Below, one piece after another: positions 30,263 to 40,901 of a stretch of DNA of 64,000 nucleotides. The notes beneath the pieces are model-generated. The model made no database searches. It was not told where the DNA came from and saw nothing but the letters and a program-made list of their open reading frames with translations. The DNA is taken from contig OY970067.1 of the NCBI GenBank assembly GCA_963705305.1, forward strand, positions 3,104,001 through 3,168,000, in the 5' to 3' direction. The DNA comes from an uncultured Methylomirabilota bacterium. Its GTDB lineage: Bacteria; Methylomirabilota; Methylomirabilia; Methylomirabilales; 2-02-FULL-66-22. A program made the translations under genes and the position numbers. Each line of letters starts with the position of its first letter. Positions within the stretch are counted from its first letter, which is position 1.

Positions 30263-30761
30263 TGTCTGCACGCCTCCTCTTCTGTTTCCCGAGCATCCCG
30301 GATGGGGGCGGGTGGCTGCCCCATCGGAGTCGGAGCTCCGCGGGGACGTTCCAGATGAAATCCTTCGGGCTGCTAGCAGGCGCAGCATACGGCTGTCCTG
30401 CTGGACGCGCCAATGGCCCCGGGCAGCCCAGCTGAATGAGGCTGACGCTATCCAAAGCTCTTCAGTCTGTCAAGAGGTCAGGTCGTAAAGGTCGTGAGAG
30501 GGGTTTCGGCCAAACCTCGAGAGGAGACCGGATAGAAAGCCCTAGAGGGCAAACGGTCGGCGTGCGGGCCCCGGTCTTGATACGGGGGAGCCACCGCGCG
30601 CCTCACACCATTTTTTTATTGCGCATTTCATATGTTGTACGCTATTGATTCAGTGTATCTTGAAGGACCTCCGGCACTCCGGTGCGTCGTCGCCGGCCGC
30701 CTCCACAGGAGGCAGGCAGCGGGCGGCCCGTATCGGAGCAGCCGGAGGCAGAGGAGAGGGC

Positions 30762-32726
30762 GTGCCCACATTGGCGGCGGCGCCTGCGGGAACCCGATCG
30801 ACCATCCTTGTGGTCGAGGATGAGGTCGGCATCGCGCGCATGATCCAGGTCTTGCTGGAGGCGCGAGGGTTTGCCACGGCTGTGGCTCATTCCGGAGACG
30901 AGGCCCTGGCGAAGGTGGCCGATCATCCAGCGGATCTGGTGCTGCTCGACGTCATGATGCCGGGCATGGACGGGTACGAGGTCTGCCGCCGCCTGAAGGC
31001 CGACGAGCGATGGCGGCGGATTCCCGTGATGATGCTGACCGCCAAGGACGCGGTCCGGGACATGGTCCAGGGGCTGGAAATCGGGGCCGACGACTACATC
31101 ACCAAGCCGTTCAATAGCGACGAGCTGGTGGCCCGGATCAAAGTCCTGCTCCGCATCCAGTCCATGAGCACAGAGCTGGTGCGGCGCAACCGGGAGCTGC
31201 AGACATTGAACGCGGTGGCGGTGGCGGTGAATCGGTCCCTGGGTCTGGACGAGATCCTGGAAGGCGCGCTGGCGCAGATCCTGGAGAACCTCGCGCTGGC
31301 CCACGGATTCGTCCACCTGCTGGATGCGAAGACCGGCCAGCTCGTGCTGCGGGCTTGGCGCGGCCTAAAGGGCCTTCCGGACGGGCGGCTCGTCCGCCTC
31401 TCCCCCGGGACGCATTGGCTGTGGCAGGCCCTGGTGGGGGAGGAGCCCCAGATCCTGCCCGATCCCGCCCAGCCCGACGCCGTTCCCCCGCCTCCGGCCG
31501 GAATGTCGCTGCCCCTGGCCGCCGTCCCTCTGCGGTTTCAGCAGCGGCCGCTGGGGGTTCTCAGCGTCGTGGGCACGTCCCACAGGCAGCTGTCCCAGGA
31601 CGAGGCAAGCCTCCTGAGCGCCATCGGACGCCAGATCGCCGTGGCGCTGGAGAACTGCCTGCTATATGCCGAGAGCCGGCGCAAGGCTCGAGAATCGGAC
31701 GCGCTGTACCAGGTCACCCGGACCATGTCCTCCAGTCTGGACCTGCAGGATATCTTGGGCCGCATCAGCGAGGCGGTCTCCACCCTGCTGGAGACGCGAG
31801 CCATGTCGCTCATGCTGCTCAGCGGGGACGGCCAGACGCTCACGACGGTGGCCGGGTACAACCCGTCGGACAATTCCCCGCAGGAGCGGGAGACCATCCG
31901 GACATACGAGGGAAACAACCCCAGCCTGGTGGCCGTCCTGGAGCGGCGGCCGGTAGCGATTCCCGATCTGGCCGCGGAGACCAGCTTTGCGCCCTGGCTG
32001 CCCACCGTGCGGGATCGGGGCTACCGGTCGTTCGTGGCCGTGCCGCTGGTCGTCCAGGACCGGCCGGTGGGCTGCCTGAACCTGTATATGGCCGAGCCGC
32101 GCCAGCTGGGCGAGGATGAGATGCAGTTGCTCTTGACCTTCGCCAGCCAGGCGGCCATCTCCATCGAGAATGCGCGGCTGTTCGAGGAGGCCCGGCAGCT
32201 GGCGATCACCGATCCGCTGACCGGGCTGGTCAATCACCGCCAGTTCTACCATCAGCTTGGACTGGAAGTTCGGCGCGCCCAGCGGTATAATCGCGACCTG
32301 ACAATGCTCATGCTCGACCTGGATCATTTCAAGCAGTTCAACGACCGCTACGGACACCTGGCGGGTGACCAGGCGCTGCGGGAAGTGGCAGAGGTCCTGC
32401 GGCAGAACGCGCGATCCGTGGACATCCTGGCCCGCTACGGCGGTGAGGAGTTCGCCATCGTCCTGCCGGAGACCGACCTGCGGCGGGCCGCCTTCCAGGC
32501 CGAGCGTATCCGCGCTGCCGTGGCGGCCCACGTTTTCCTGCGGGACCGAGGGGCCGAAGGCAAGACTCTGACGGTGAGTGTCGGTGTGGCCGGTTTGACC
32601 CCCCGACACCAGAAGATCGAGGATCTGGTGCACGACGCCGACCAGGCGCTCTACCGCGCCAAGGCGGCCGGCCGCAATCGACTGGAGCTTTCCCCGGCTC
32701 TCGAGGAGACGGCGGGCTCCTCGTAG
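30762..32726 (+). CDS. Diguanylate cyclase REC-GAF-GAF-GGDEF
   Basis: Receiver, two GAF domains, DLDHFKQFNDRYGH, RSVD I-site, GGEEF, ADQALYRAK. Confidence 0.93.
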   Translation: MPTLAAAPAGTRSTILVVEDEVGIARMIQVLLEARGFATAVAHSGDEALAKVADHPADLVLLDVMMPGMDGYEVCRRLKADERWRRIPVMMLTAKDAVRDMVQGLEIGADDYITKPFNSDELVARIKVLLRIQSMSTELVRRNRELQTLNAVAVAVNRSLGLDEILEGALAQILENLALAHGFVHLLDAKTGQLVLRAWRGLKGLPDGRLVRLSPGTHWLWQALVGEEPQILPDPAQPDAVPPPPAGMSLPLAAVPLRFQQRPLGVLSVVGTSHRQLSQDEASLLSAIGRQIAVALENCLLYAESRRKARESDALYQVTRTMSSSLDLQDILGRISEAVSTLLETRAMSLMLLSGDGQTLTTVAGYNPSDNSPQERETIRTYEGNNPSLVAVLERRPVAIPDLAAETSFAPWLPTVRDRGYRSFVAVPLVVQDRPVGCLNLYMAEPRQLGEDEMQLLLTFASQAAISIENARLFEEARQLAITDPLTGLVNHRQFYHQLGLEVRRAQRYNRDLTMLMLDLDHFKQFNDRYGHLAGDQALREVAEVLRQNARSVDILARYGGEEFAIVLPETDLRRAAFQAERIRAAVAAHVFLRDRGAEGKTLTVSVGVAGLTPRHQKIEDLVHDADQALYRAKAAGRNRLELSPALEETAGSS

Positions 32727-32859
32727 ACCGGTCGGTCCGCGGCAGCCGCCTCCCTGTCGTTCTCGACGCCTTCTCCCGGACAGTCCAGGTGACCGACGCG
32801 CAGGGGAATCTGTGCCGACGCGTGCGGACCCGGCGGCCCGCATCGAGTGACGGTGAACC

Positions 32860-34233
32860 ATGGGGCGTGACGGTAATCAGGCCGAGCGGCCGACCTCGGT
32901 CAGTGTGGTGAATCTCGGCTGTCCGAAAAATCAGGTGGACGCCGAAGTCATGCTGGGCCGGCTGGCGGCGGCGGGTTATCGCATTGCGGACGAGCCGCAA
33001 CAGGCGGACCTCGTCGTCGTCAACACCTGCAGCTTCATCCGGGAGGCGAAGGAAGAGTCCATCCAGAGCATCCTGCAGGCTGCGGCCCTGAAGCGGACGG
33101 GCCGTTGCCGGGCCGTGGTGGTGAGCGGCTGCCTCCCCCAGCGGTATGCCGAGGAGCTGCCGGGGCTGCTTCCCGAGGTGGACGCCTTCGTCGGCACGGG
33201 GGAGTTCCCCCGCATCGTCGAGGTCGCCGCGGCCGCGCTGGGACGGACGGGCAACGCCGCGCAGTGGATCACCGGCCACACTGCGCTGATGCATGCGGCC
33301 ATGCCGCGGCGGCGACTGAGCGCCCCCCATATGGCCTACCTGAAGATCGCCGAGGGATGCGATCATGCCTGCCGGTTCTGCGCCATTCCCGCCATCCGAG
33401 GCCGGCTGCAGAGCCGGCCCCGCGCGGATATCCTCGCGGAGGCCCGGCAGCTGGCGACCGAGGGTGTGCGCGAGCTGGCAGTGGTCTCGCAGGATACGAC
33501 CAGCTACGGGATGGATCGGGGCGGGCGGCCCGCGCTCGCGGCGCTGCTCCGGGACCTTCTGACGATCCGGTCGCTCGCGTGGATCCGCTTGCTCTACCTG
33601 TATCCGACGCGCATCACCCCCGAGCTGGTGGCCCTCATGAGGACGGAGCCGCGCCTGTGCCGCTATCTCGACCTCCCGCTGCAGCATAGCGATGGGACGA
33701 TCCTCAAGGCCATGGGCCGCGGCGGGGATACCGCCGGCCTGCGGCGGCTGGTCCAGCGGCTGCGCGCCGCCATCCCGGGTCTGGTGGTTCGGACGTCGTT
33801 CATCACCGGCTTTCCCGGCGAGACGGCGGCGCAGTTCGCCGGCCTGCTCCGCTTCGTCCGGGAGATGCGGTTCGACCGGGTGGGGGCCTTCTGCTACTCG
33901 GAGGAGGAAGGGACGCCGGCGGCGCGGCTCGTCCCGAAGGTGCCCCGGCGGGTCGCCGAGGCGCGGCGGGCCCGCCTCATGGCCGCCCAGGCACGAATCG
34001 CCGAGACGCAGGGGCGCGCCTTGATCGGAAGCGTGCAGGAGGCCATGGTGGACGGTCCGGCGGTAGAATTCCCCGGCCTGCAATGCGGGCGGACGGCCGG
34101 ACAGGCGCCCGATGTGGACGGGCGGATCTTCCTGCAGGGGCCCCGCACGGCTCCGGGGACGCTGGTTCGAGTGCGGATCCGGGAGGCGTTCGAGCACGAC
34201 CTCGCCGGGGACATCCTGGAGTGTGTGGGGTAG
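32860..34233 (+). CDS. rimO: Ribosomal protein S12 methylthiotransferase
   Basis: LGCPKNQVD, AYLKIAEGCDHACRFC, QAPDVDG. Confidence 0.95.
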   Translation: MGRDGNQAERPTSVSVVNLGCPKNQVDAEVMLGRLAAAGYRIADEPQQADLVVVNTCSFIREAKEESIQSILQAAALKRTGRCRAVVVSGCLPQRYAEELPGLLPEVDAFVGTGEFPRIVEVAAAALGRTGNAAQWITGHTALMHAAMPRRRLSAPHMAYLKIAEGCDHACRFCAIPAIRGRLQSRPRADILAEARQLATEGVRELAVVSQDTTSYGMDRGGRPALAALLRDLLTIRSLAWIRLLYLYPTRITPELVALMRTEPRLCRYLDLPLQHSDGTILKAMGRGGDTAGLRRLVQRLRAAIPGLVVRTSFITGFPGETAAQFAGLLRFVREMRFDRVGAFCYSEEEGTPAARLVPKVPRRVAEARRARLMAAQARIAETQGRALIGSVQEAMVDGPAVEFPGLQCGRTAGQAPDVDGRIFLQGPRTAPGTLVRVRIREAFEHDLAGDILECVG

Positions 34234-34235
34234 CC

Positions 34236-34736
34236 ATGGCCAAGCATTCCTCCTCCCGATCGACACCGCCGCGGCCTCCGATCGGATCGGCGCTCCGCCT
34301 GGTGGCGACGGGTGCCGGGCTCGGGAACCTTCCCGTGGCCCCCGGCACCGCCGGCAGCCTGGCGGGCGCTCTGCTCTGCTATCCCCTGCTGTGGTTGGGA
34401 TGGCCGCTCTACCTGGCGGCCGCCGTCGCGCTGACGGGCGTCGCCGTCTACGCCTCGGACCGGATGGCCGCCGCCCTGAACCAGCCGGATCCCCCGTCCG
34501 TGGTCATCGATGAGATCGCCGGGATGTGGCTGGCCGCCCTGGCGATCCCGCCGGATCTCTACAACCTCACCGCCGTCTTCCTGCTGTTCCGCCTCTTCGA
34601 CGTGGTCAAGCCGGCGCCGATTCCGGCGATCGAGCGACTGCCGGGCGGATGGGGGATCGTGCTGGACGACCTGGCCGCCGGGCTGCTGGCGTGCGCCGCC
34701 TGGTGGCTGCTGAGGACGAACTTCACTTTTTTGTGA
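34236..34736 (+). CDS. pgpA: Phosphatidylglycerophosphatase A
   Basis: APGTAGS, DPPSVVIDEIAG, FRLFDVVKP, GIVLDD. Confidence 0.93.
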   Translation: MAKHSSSRSTPPRPPIGSALRLVATGAGLGNLPVAPGTAGSLAGALLCYPLLWLGWPLYLAAAVALTGVAVYASDRMAAALNQPDPPSVVIDEIAGMWLAALAIPPDLYNLTAVFLLFRLFDVVKPAPIPAIERLPGGWGIVLDDLAAGLLACAAWWLLRTNFTFL

Positions 34737-34843
34737 TTCCTGCATTCATGAGGGGAGGCAGGGAGGCCCGCCGACAGCCGGCCCGCCAGCGCATCCGGCG
34801 GGATGCTTCGGCCGGTCTCCCGTCGCCGTCCACGGGTGAGACA

Positions 34844-36100
34844 ATGGGGGCAGAGATCCTGACGGTGGGCACGGAGCTTCTCCTCGGCCAGATCGTGGAC
34901 ACCAACGCGAGCTGGATCTCCCAGCGGCTGGCCGAGGCGGGCATCGATGTCTTCTACCAGAGCACAGTGGGGGACAACTGGGGCCGGATTGAGGAAGCCA
35001 TCCGCCTGGCCATGGCCCGCGCCGATGTTCTGATCATCACGGGAGGCCTGGGGCCGACCGAGGACGATCTGACGCGGGACGTCCTGGCGGGCGTCCTGGG
35101 ACGCCCGCTCCGGCTGGACCCGGAGGTTCTGCAGCACATCCAGCGGCGCTTCGCCCACCGCCGGACTCCCATGGCGGAGAACAACCGCAAGCAGGCCATG
35201 GTGCCCGAAGGGTTTGAGGTGCTGCCCAACCCGCGGGGGACCGCTCCGGGACTCTTCGTCCGGCATCCGGGCGGCGTCATCACATGCATGCCGGGCGTGC
35301 CCGCCGAGATGAAGCCCATGCTGCTCGAACAGGTGATCCCGCGCATCCGGGAGGCCTTCGGCATCCGGGGGCGGATCGTCTCTCGCGTCCTGAAGACCTG
35401 CGGGGTCAGTGAGTCCACGGTGGATCATCGCATCGGCGACTACTTCCGCGACATGCGGAACCCGACCATCGGCGTCCTGGCCCACGCCGGCGAGATCCAT
35501 ATCCGGCTGACCTGCAAAGGGGACGACCCGGCCATCATCGCCGGTCAGCTGGACGACCTGGAGGCAAAGATCCGCGAGCGGCTGGGCCACCTGATCTTCG
35601 GCCGGGACGACGAGCGGCTGGAGGCGCTGGTGGGCGGCCTGCTCCGGGCGCGCCAGGCCTCCCTGGCGGTGGCCGAATCATGCACCGGCGGCCTGGTGGC
35701 CAACCGCCTCACCGACATCCCGGGGAGCTCGGACTACTTCGAGCGGGGGGTGGTGGCCTACAGTCCGGCGGCCAAAGAGAGCGTCCTGGGGGTTCCGCCG
35801 GCGCTGATCCGGGAGCACGGCACAGTCAGCCTGGAGACGGCCCGCGCCATGGCCGAGGGCGTTCAACGTTTGGCCGGGAGCACCTTCGGGCTGTCCACGA
35901 CCGGGATCGCCGGACCGACCGGCGGGACGGCCGAGAAACCGGTGGGCCTCGTCTGCCTGGCCCTGACCTGGGAGGGCGGCGCGGAATGCCGCGAGACCCG
36001 GCTCCTGGGCGATCGAGAGATCGTCAAGTACCGGGCCGCCCAGATGGCCCTGGAACTTCTGCGGCGGCATCTCCTTGGCGTCCCGGTCGAGGAGAGCTGA
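34844..36100 (+). CDS. cinA: Competence/damage-inducible protein CinA (NMN deamidase)
   Basis: GTELLLG..DTN, GGLGPTEDD, AESCTGG, TGIAGP. Confidence 0.95.
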   Translation: MGAEILTVGTELLLGQIVDTNASWISQRLAEAGIDVFYQSTVGDNWGRIEEAIRLAMARADVLIITGGLGPTEDDLTRDVLAGVLGRPLRLDPEVLQHIQRRFAHRRTPMAENNRKQAMVPEGFEVLPNPRGTAPGLFVRHPGGVITCMPGVPAEMKPMLLEQVIPRIREAFGIRGRIVSRVLKTCGVSESTVDHRIGDYFRDMRNPTIGVLAHAGEIHIRLTCKGDDPAIIAGQLDDLEAKIRERLGHLIFGRDDERLEALVGGLLRARQASLAVAESCTGGLVANRLTDIPGSSDYFERGVVAYSPAAKESVLGVPPALIREHGTVSLETARAMAEGVQRLAGSTFGLSTTGIAGPTGGTAEKPVGLVCLALTWEGGAECRETRLLGDREIVKYRAAQMALELLRRHLLGVPVEES

Positions 36101-36115
36101 GAAGGGGCGCGGGCC

Positions 36116-36745
36116 GTGGGCCGGACGGGGACGACCGCGAGCAGCCTGCGACTGTTCGTCGCGGTGACGCTGCCGGCGGAAATCCGGGACCAGCTCGCCG
36201 AGGTGCAGGGGCGGCTCCGCGCGGCCCAGGCGGACGTGGGCTGGGTGCGTCCGGAGAACATCCACCTCACCCTGAAATTCCTAGGGGAGATCGACCGCAA
36301 GCGGGTCGACCGAATCCGGGCTGCTCTGGCGGAGGCGGCCGCATCCGCAGCCCCGTTTGTCCTGACGCTGTCGGGGGTGGGGACATTCGGCGGATCGCTT
36401 CCGCGGGTGGTGTGGGTCGGTGTCACGGAAGGTGCTCCGCGCCTGGCGGACCTGGCCCGGCGCGTGGAGGTCGGCCTGGGCCGGGCGGGCGTCCCCAAGG
36501 AGCGGCGGGAATTCTCGGGCCATCTCACCCTGGGTCGGGTGCGGTCTCCGCGAAACGTGGAAAGGCTTCGGGCGGCGCTGGCAGCCGAGCCGGCGACGCC
36601 GATCGGAACGGTACGCGTCGGCGAGTTCGTGCTGATGCAAAGCCAGCTTCAACCCGGCGGCTCGATCTATACGGCCCTGCAGCGCTATGGGCTGCGCGAG
36701 CCTTCGGAGGGAGGGCTCCTGAATGGCGAGACCAACGGACACTGA
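36116..36745 (+). CDS. thpR: RNA 2',3'-cyclic phosphodiesterase
   Basis: RLFVA and two HxT motifs (HLTLKFLG, HLTLGR). Confidence 0.92.
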   Translation: MGRTGTTASSLRLFVAVTLPAEIRDQLAEVQGRLRAAQADVGWVRPENIHLTLKFLGEIDRKRVDRIRAALAEAAASAAPFVLTLSGVGTFGGSLPRVVWVGVTEGAPRLADLARRVEVGLGRAGVPKERREFSGHLTLGRVRSPRNVERLRAALAAEPATPIGTVRVGEFVLMQSQLQPGGSIYTALQRYGLREPSEGGLLNGETNGH

Positions 36746-38063
36746 CCAGCTGCGGCAGGCCGCCCGGCAGATCTTCGCCGCGGCCGTGCGCGCGGTGGAT
36801 CCGGCGGAGGCGATCCGCCGCCATCTCGTGCGCGAGGGGCACCGGCTGCGCGCGGGAACAGAGGAGGTGGATCTGACCCAGGTGGGTCGGGTCGTGGTCG
36901 TGGGATTGGGCAAGGCGGGGGCCCCCATGGCGGCGGCCGTGGAGGAGATCCTGGGCGAGCGGATCAGCCGGGGGGTGGTCGTGACGAAATACGGTCACGT
37001 GCTGCCGACAAAGTTGATCCGCATCCACGAGGCCGGCCACCCCGTGCCCGACCAGAACGGCGTGGCCGGCGCGCGGGCGATCCTGGAGCATGTGCAGGGC
37101 CTGGCCCCGGAGGATCTCGTCCTGGTCCTCATCTCGGGTGGCGGGTCCGCCCTGACGCCGGCGCCGACGGCGGGCATCCGGCTGGAGGAGAAGCAGGCCC
37201 TGACCAAGACGCTCCTCGCCTGCGGCGCGGACATCCGGGAGATAAATACGCTCCGCAAGCATATCTCGGAGATCAAAGGGGGGCAGCTGGGCCGGGCGGC
37301 GGCCCCCGCCTGTGTGATTACCCTGATCCTCTCGGACATCGTGGGCGATCCGCTGGACGCCATCGCGTCGGGCCCCACCGTGCCCGACCCCACCAGCTAC
37401 GCGGATGCCCTGGCCATCCTGGACAAATACCGCATTCGTGCAGAGATCCCCGCTGCGATTCGATCCCACCTGGAGGCGGGCGCCCGTGGGGAGATCCCCG
37501 AGACACCCAAGCCCGATGATCCCCTGTTCCGACGGATCAGGAGCGTGATGGTGGGGAGCAACATCCAGGCCCTGACGGCGGCGTCCGCCGAGGCCGAGCG
37601 TCTGGGGCTGACGCCCCTGATCCTGTCCTCCTTCATCGAGGGAGAGACACGCGACGTGGCCCGGATGCATGCGGCCCTGGCCCGGGAGGTCCGGAGCAGC
37701 GGCCATCCGCTGCCGCCGCCCTGCTGTCTCATCTCCGGCGGCGAGACCACCGTGACCCTGCGCGGCCAGGGGAAAGGCGGACGCAATCAGGAGTTCTCCG
37801 TGGCCGCCGCCCTGGACATCGCCGGGTTGCGGGATGTGGTGATTCTCAGCGCGGGGACCGACGGGACGGACGGCCCCACGGATGCGGCGGGAGCCCTGGC
37901 CGACGGACAGACGTGCGCGCGGGCGGCCGCCCTGGGGCTGAATCCCCGCGCGGCCCTGGACGACAACGACGCCTACCCGTTTTTCGAGCGGGTGGGGGAT
38001 TTGATCCTGACCGGTCCGACCAACACCAACGTGATGGATGTGCGGCTGGTGCTGGTCGGATAG
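36723..38063 (+). CDS. Glycerate 2-kinase (MOFRL family)
   Basis: GHPVPD, ISGGGSAL, GGETTV, GGRNQE, GTDGTDG, TGPTNTNVMD. Confidence 0.93.
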   Translation: MARPTDTDQLRQAARQIFAAAVRAVDPAEAIRRHLVREGHRLRAGTEEVDLTQVGRVVVVGLGKAGAPMAAAVEEILGERISRGVVVTKYGHVLPTKLIRIHEAGHPVPDQNGVAGARAILEHVQGLAPEDLVLVLISGGGSALTPAPTAGIRLEEKQALTKTLLACGADIREINTLRKHISEIKGGQLGRAAAPACVITLILSDIVGDPLDAIASGPTVPDPTSYADALAILDKYRIRAEIPAAIRSHLEAGARGEIPETPKPDDPLFRRIRSVMVGSNIQALTAASAEAERLGLTPLILSSFIEGETRDVARMHAALAREVRSSGHPLPPPCCLISGGETTVTLRGQGKGGRNQEFSVAAALDIAGLRDVVILSAGTDGTDGPTDAAGALADGQTCARAAALGLNPRAALDDNDAYPFFERVGDLILTGPTNTNVMDVRLVLVG

Positions 38064-38119
38064 GCGGCGGCGCGCGGGAGTATGTGGTCGGCGAGATGAG
38101 GCCAGAAAGGCAGGAGCAT

Positions 38120-38344
38120 ATGGCCCAGAGTCGAGAACTCCGGCTGCGGGTGACCGGCATGACCTGCGGGGGCTGCGAGCGGGGGGTGACACAGGCACTG
38201 CAGGGGCTTGCCGGCGTGACCGTGCTGTCGGTGGATCGGACCAAGGACGAGGCGCACGTCCGGGTGGAGGGGGCGGCCACCTCGACGGAGGCGATGATCG
38301 CCGCCGTTGAGGCGGCGGGACGCTTCCACGCCACGCTCGCCTAA
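38120..38344 (+). CDS. Heavy-metal-associated (CopZ-like) chaperone
   Basis: GMTCGGC motif; RBS AGGAG. Confidence 0.88.
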   Translation: MAQSRELRLRVTGMTCGGCERGVTQALQGLAGVTVLSVDRTKDEAHVRVEGAATSTEAMIAAVEAAGRFHATLA

Positions 38345-38371
38345 AGCCGGGCCGGCATCTCCGGAGCTTGC

Positions 38372-39071
38372 TCAGATAGCGAGGAACGGGAGGATCTCGG
38401 GGGGGACGGAGATCGGCCACCGGATCGCCTCGCCGGAGGCGGGTCCGCACCTCTGTGGCGGAGATCGCCGCGATATGGTCCGGGAGCCGGACCTGCCGGA
38501 TGCGGCCGGCGTATGGCGTGACCTCCGGGCGAACCAAGAAGCGCTCGACCGCCTCGGGCCCCTCCGGCGCCCGATTGGCGACCACCAGCTCGCAGGCAGC
38601 GAACAGTTGAGACAGGGCCGTCTCCCGCTCGGTGTAGTACTTCGGATCGAAGAGCCGCACGAGGGTGTCGAGCCCCAGCAGGAACACCACACGGGTTCCC
38701 TCCGGGTACTGCCGCCGAATCACCCCCAGCTTGTCCACGAACCGGCCATGGCTGCAGGCGGCGACCGAGAAGGTCGGACGGGAGGCGACGAAGCGGCAGA
38801 GCAGGTCCAGGCGCCGCGCCAGGGACAGGCCGGTGGCGGCCTTGTCCACGTTGGCCTTGGCCAGCACCAGGAGCACTTCGTCCGGGGGATGGATGCGGCC
38901 GCCCTCCTGGATCAGCCAGAGGTGGGCGGCCGTCAACGGGTTGAAGGAGGCCGAGAGGCACAGGAGGGTTCCGCCGGTGTTCGACAGCCCCGCCGGGGCG
39001 CGGCGCAGGAATGCCAGGCGGGGCTCCGCCTGGGGGTCGAGCCCCGCTAGTACATCGAACACATTCTTCAT
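38372..39071 (-). CDS. NadD-like nucleotidyltransferase, +1 frameshift near the 3' end (~38408)
   Basis: SASFNPLTAAH, FLLGLDT..RLFDPKYY, ISATEVR; removing one base gives ..DLVPPEILPFLAI*. Confidence 0.8.
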
Positions 39072-39973
39072 CTCCCGCGATTGGCGTGACGTCACCGGCC
39101 TCTTCGAGCCCATGCAGACCTTTCCCGCGCCGGGACGGGCCCGGGCGGCGCCTCCGGAGGAGAGGTGGCGCACAGTGGACTCGTGTCCAGGAACCGGAGG
39201 CAGAATACCCGGGCCCGGCGGGATGGTCAAGCGCACCGGATTGCCGGTGTATCAGCAGGCGGGCGAAGCGTGCCAATATCTCCAATGGCGACGCGGGGTT
39301 GTGGCTTCGCAGGGGGGATTTTCGGGTCCTACGTGTCTGATTCGGGAGGCAGGTCCGGTATTAGTCCTGAAGGCGATACCGCGCCATTTCTCTACTGAAA
39401 TCAGAACTCATCGAGGGGACCAGACCCCTCGACACCGTAGAGTCGCTCGACCTCCCAATTCACAGCCAGTTCAAGGATACAGAGGCAGTCTGCGGCGGTG
39501 GTCACCCTATCCCATTCGGTTGGTGGTCCCCCATACTGACCGCCAGCTCCCCCCTCCCTCTTCGGTCTCCGTGCCTCACGTTTGCTCGGAGGGCCACTTT
39601 GCGGTAGATTGCGGCCCTCCCCAGGGGCCTCGATCAACGGAGCTCAGCGCCGGGATGGACGTGGTGTCTCGTAGGCACGCGGGAATCCAGCTTTCTCATC
39701 TTGGAAGTCCGGCAGGTCACCGCCGCTGCCGAGGTCTTCGGCGGTACCGAGAGAGCGCGCTGGCCGCGTGACCCCCGATGTCAAGGTCGCCTTTCGCTTA
39801 CTGACCTGAGCTGGTTAGCGATGATTTTGCTCACACAGATTGGGGGTGCAGTCTCCACCACAACCCCACTACCCGCGACATTGCCACCCGGGTGAGATAA
39901 GAGGCACCTCTCTTCACCAACCCTCCTGCCCCTCCTTCGCTGTCCTTCCGGTTGAAGGCTTCCGCCGAATCGC

Positions 39974-40198
39974 TCAGTACGTCCTCATCCGCAGGCTGAG
40001 GGTCTTCCGGGCTTTGGCGCTCATCGGCCTTTGGGTCCGCTTGGGGCGTGCCGCTTCCCGTCTGCTCACCCGCAGACGCCCCGGCCCTTCAGCGGCCAGC
40101 ACCCGTTGGATGGCCGCAATCTGCTGGAGGATCTTTGTCCCCTCCGCCTGGAACTCCGCCAGCGACTTCCGCAAGGTGGTTCCGAGGTCGATGGCCAT
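39974..40198 (-). CDS. Small basic protein, possibly truncated by TGG>TGA
   Basis: RBS AGGAGG; ends MSAKARKTLSLRMRTY*AIRRK, resembling MSxxARKxxSxRMKxYWAxRR-type basic proteins. Confidence 0.5.
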   Translation of the reverse strand: MAIDLGTTLRKSLAEFQAEGTKILQQIAAIQRVLAAEGPGRLRVSRREAARPKRTQRPMSAKARKTLSLRMRTY

Positions 40199-40359
40199 GT
40201 GTCCTCCTGTGTGGGGACCTTCGGGTGTTGGGTCGGGCCGCCGACCTGCGGCCTTGCCGGCCGAAGGGATTAGCAACAACCGGGGGCGATCTCCGGTAGT
40301 GTCTCAGTTTGAATCCGGGCCCCCTGTTCGGGTCGGTCGGGACGTGCTATACTCTCAGC

Positions 40360-40593
40360 ATGCCAAGAGGACCGCAAGGCCAAAGACGACCGGCCGACGT
40401 GATCGGAGCCGCCATCAAGGTGGCGAAGATCGCAACCGGGGAGATTGAGGACACCACGGGGCTGGAGGGGAAAGAATACGCCAGCCGAGGAGGAAAAATA
40501 GGGGGGCCAGCGCGGGCGAAGAAACTCTCCGCTAAAAGGCGTATCCTGATTGCACGGAAGGCCGCAAGATCAAGGTGGAGGAAATCTAGATAG
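40360..40593 (+). CDS. Small basic IS-associated protein (KGG-like motif)
   Basis: MPRGPQGQRRPADVIGAAIKVAKIATGEIED..RGGKIGGPARAKKLS..IARKAARSRW; TGnTATACT just upstream suggests a leaderless transcript. Confidence 0.8.
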   Translation: MPRGPQGQRRPADVIGAAIKVAKIATGEIEDTTGLEGKEYASRGGKIGGPARAKKLSAKRRILIARKAARSRWRKSR

Positions 40594-40900
40594 ACAGAGG
40601 AACTACCTCCTTCGATCCCACCGGTTCTGGAATCGGTCCATATTTTTCTTCGTAGGCTTTTATCAGCCTCTCAATCAAGTGGGAGAATACCTTTGCGTGT
40701 TGGGGTGAAATATAGATGCATATTTCTTCCTGAACCTTCACCTTCTCTGGAGTCGATTCAAGCACTTGACCAAATTGGATCGCGAAATCCCAAGGCGTAA
40801 TCGTAATTGAGGTGTTATTCGCGTAGACAACGGGCCTTGGATCCTTTCGTACGGTATTGATCTTTCTTACTTTCTGCGCCGCCTTCTTTGGAGTTGGCAT
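40586..40900 (-). CDS. DUF3467-like protein
   Basis: YANN..ITPWDFAIQFG..ISPQHAKVF..YEEKYGPI pattern; RBS AGGAG; starts 1 nt after the HTH gene stop. Confidence 0.75.
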   Translation of the reverse strand: MPTPKKAAQKVRKINTVRKDPRPVVYANNTSITITPWDFAIQFGQVLESTPEKVKVQEEICIYISPQHAKVFSHLIERLIKAYEEKYGPIPEPVGSKEVVPLSI

Positions 40901-40901
40901 C

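Noticed and set aside
30440..30760. Possible c-di-GMP riboswitch upstream of the diguanylate cyclase (GGGCAAAC seen)
   Set aside because: The rest of the GEMM architecture could not be found by eye; an Infernal search would settle it.
39320..39900. Short ORFs and a possible tRNA integration site at the island's left end
   Set aside because: No cloverleaf or T-loop motif and no recognisable protein; probably decayed sequence.
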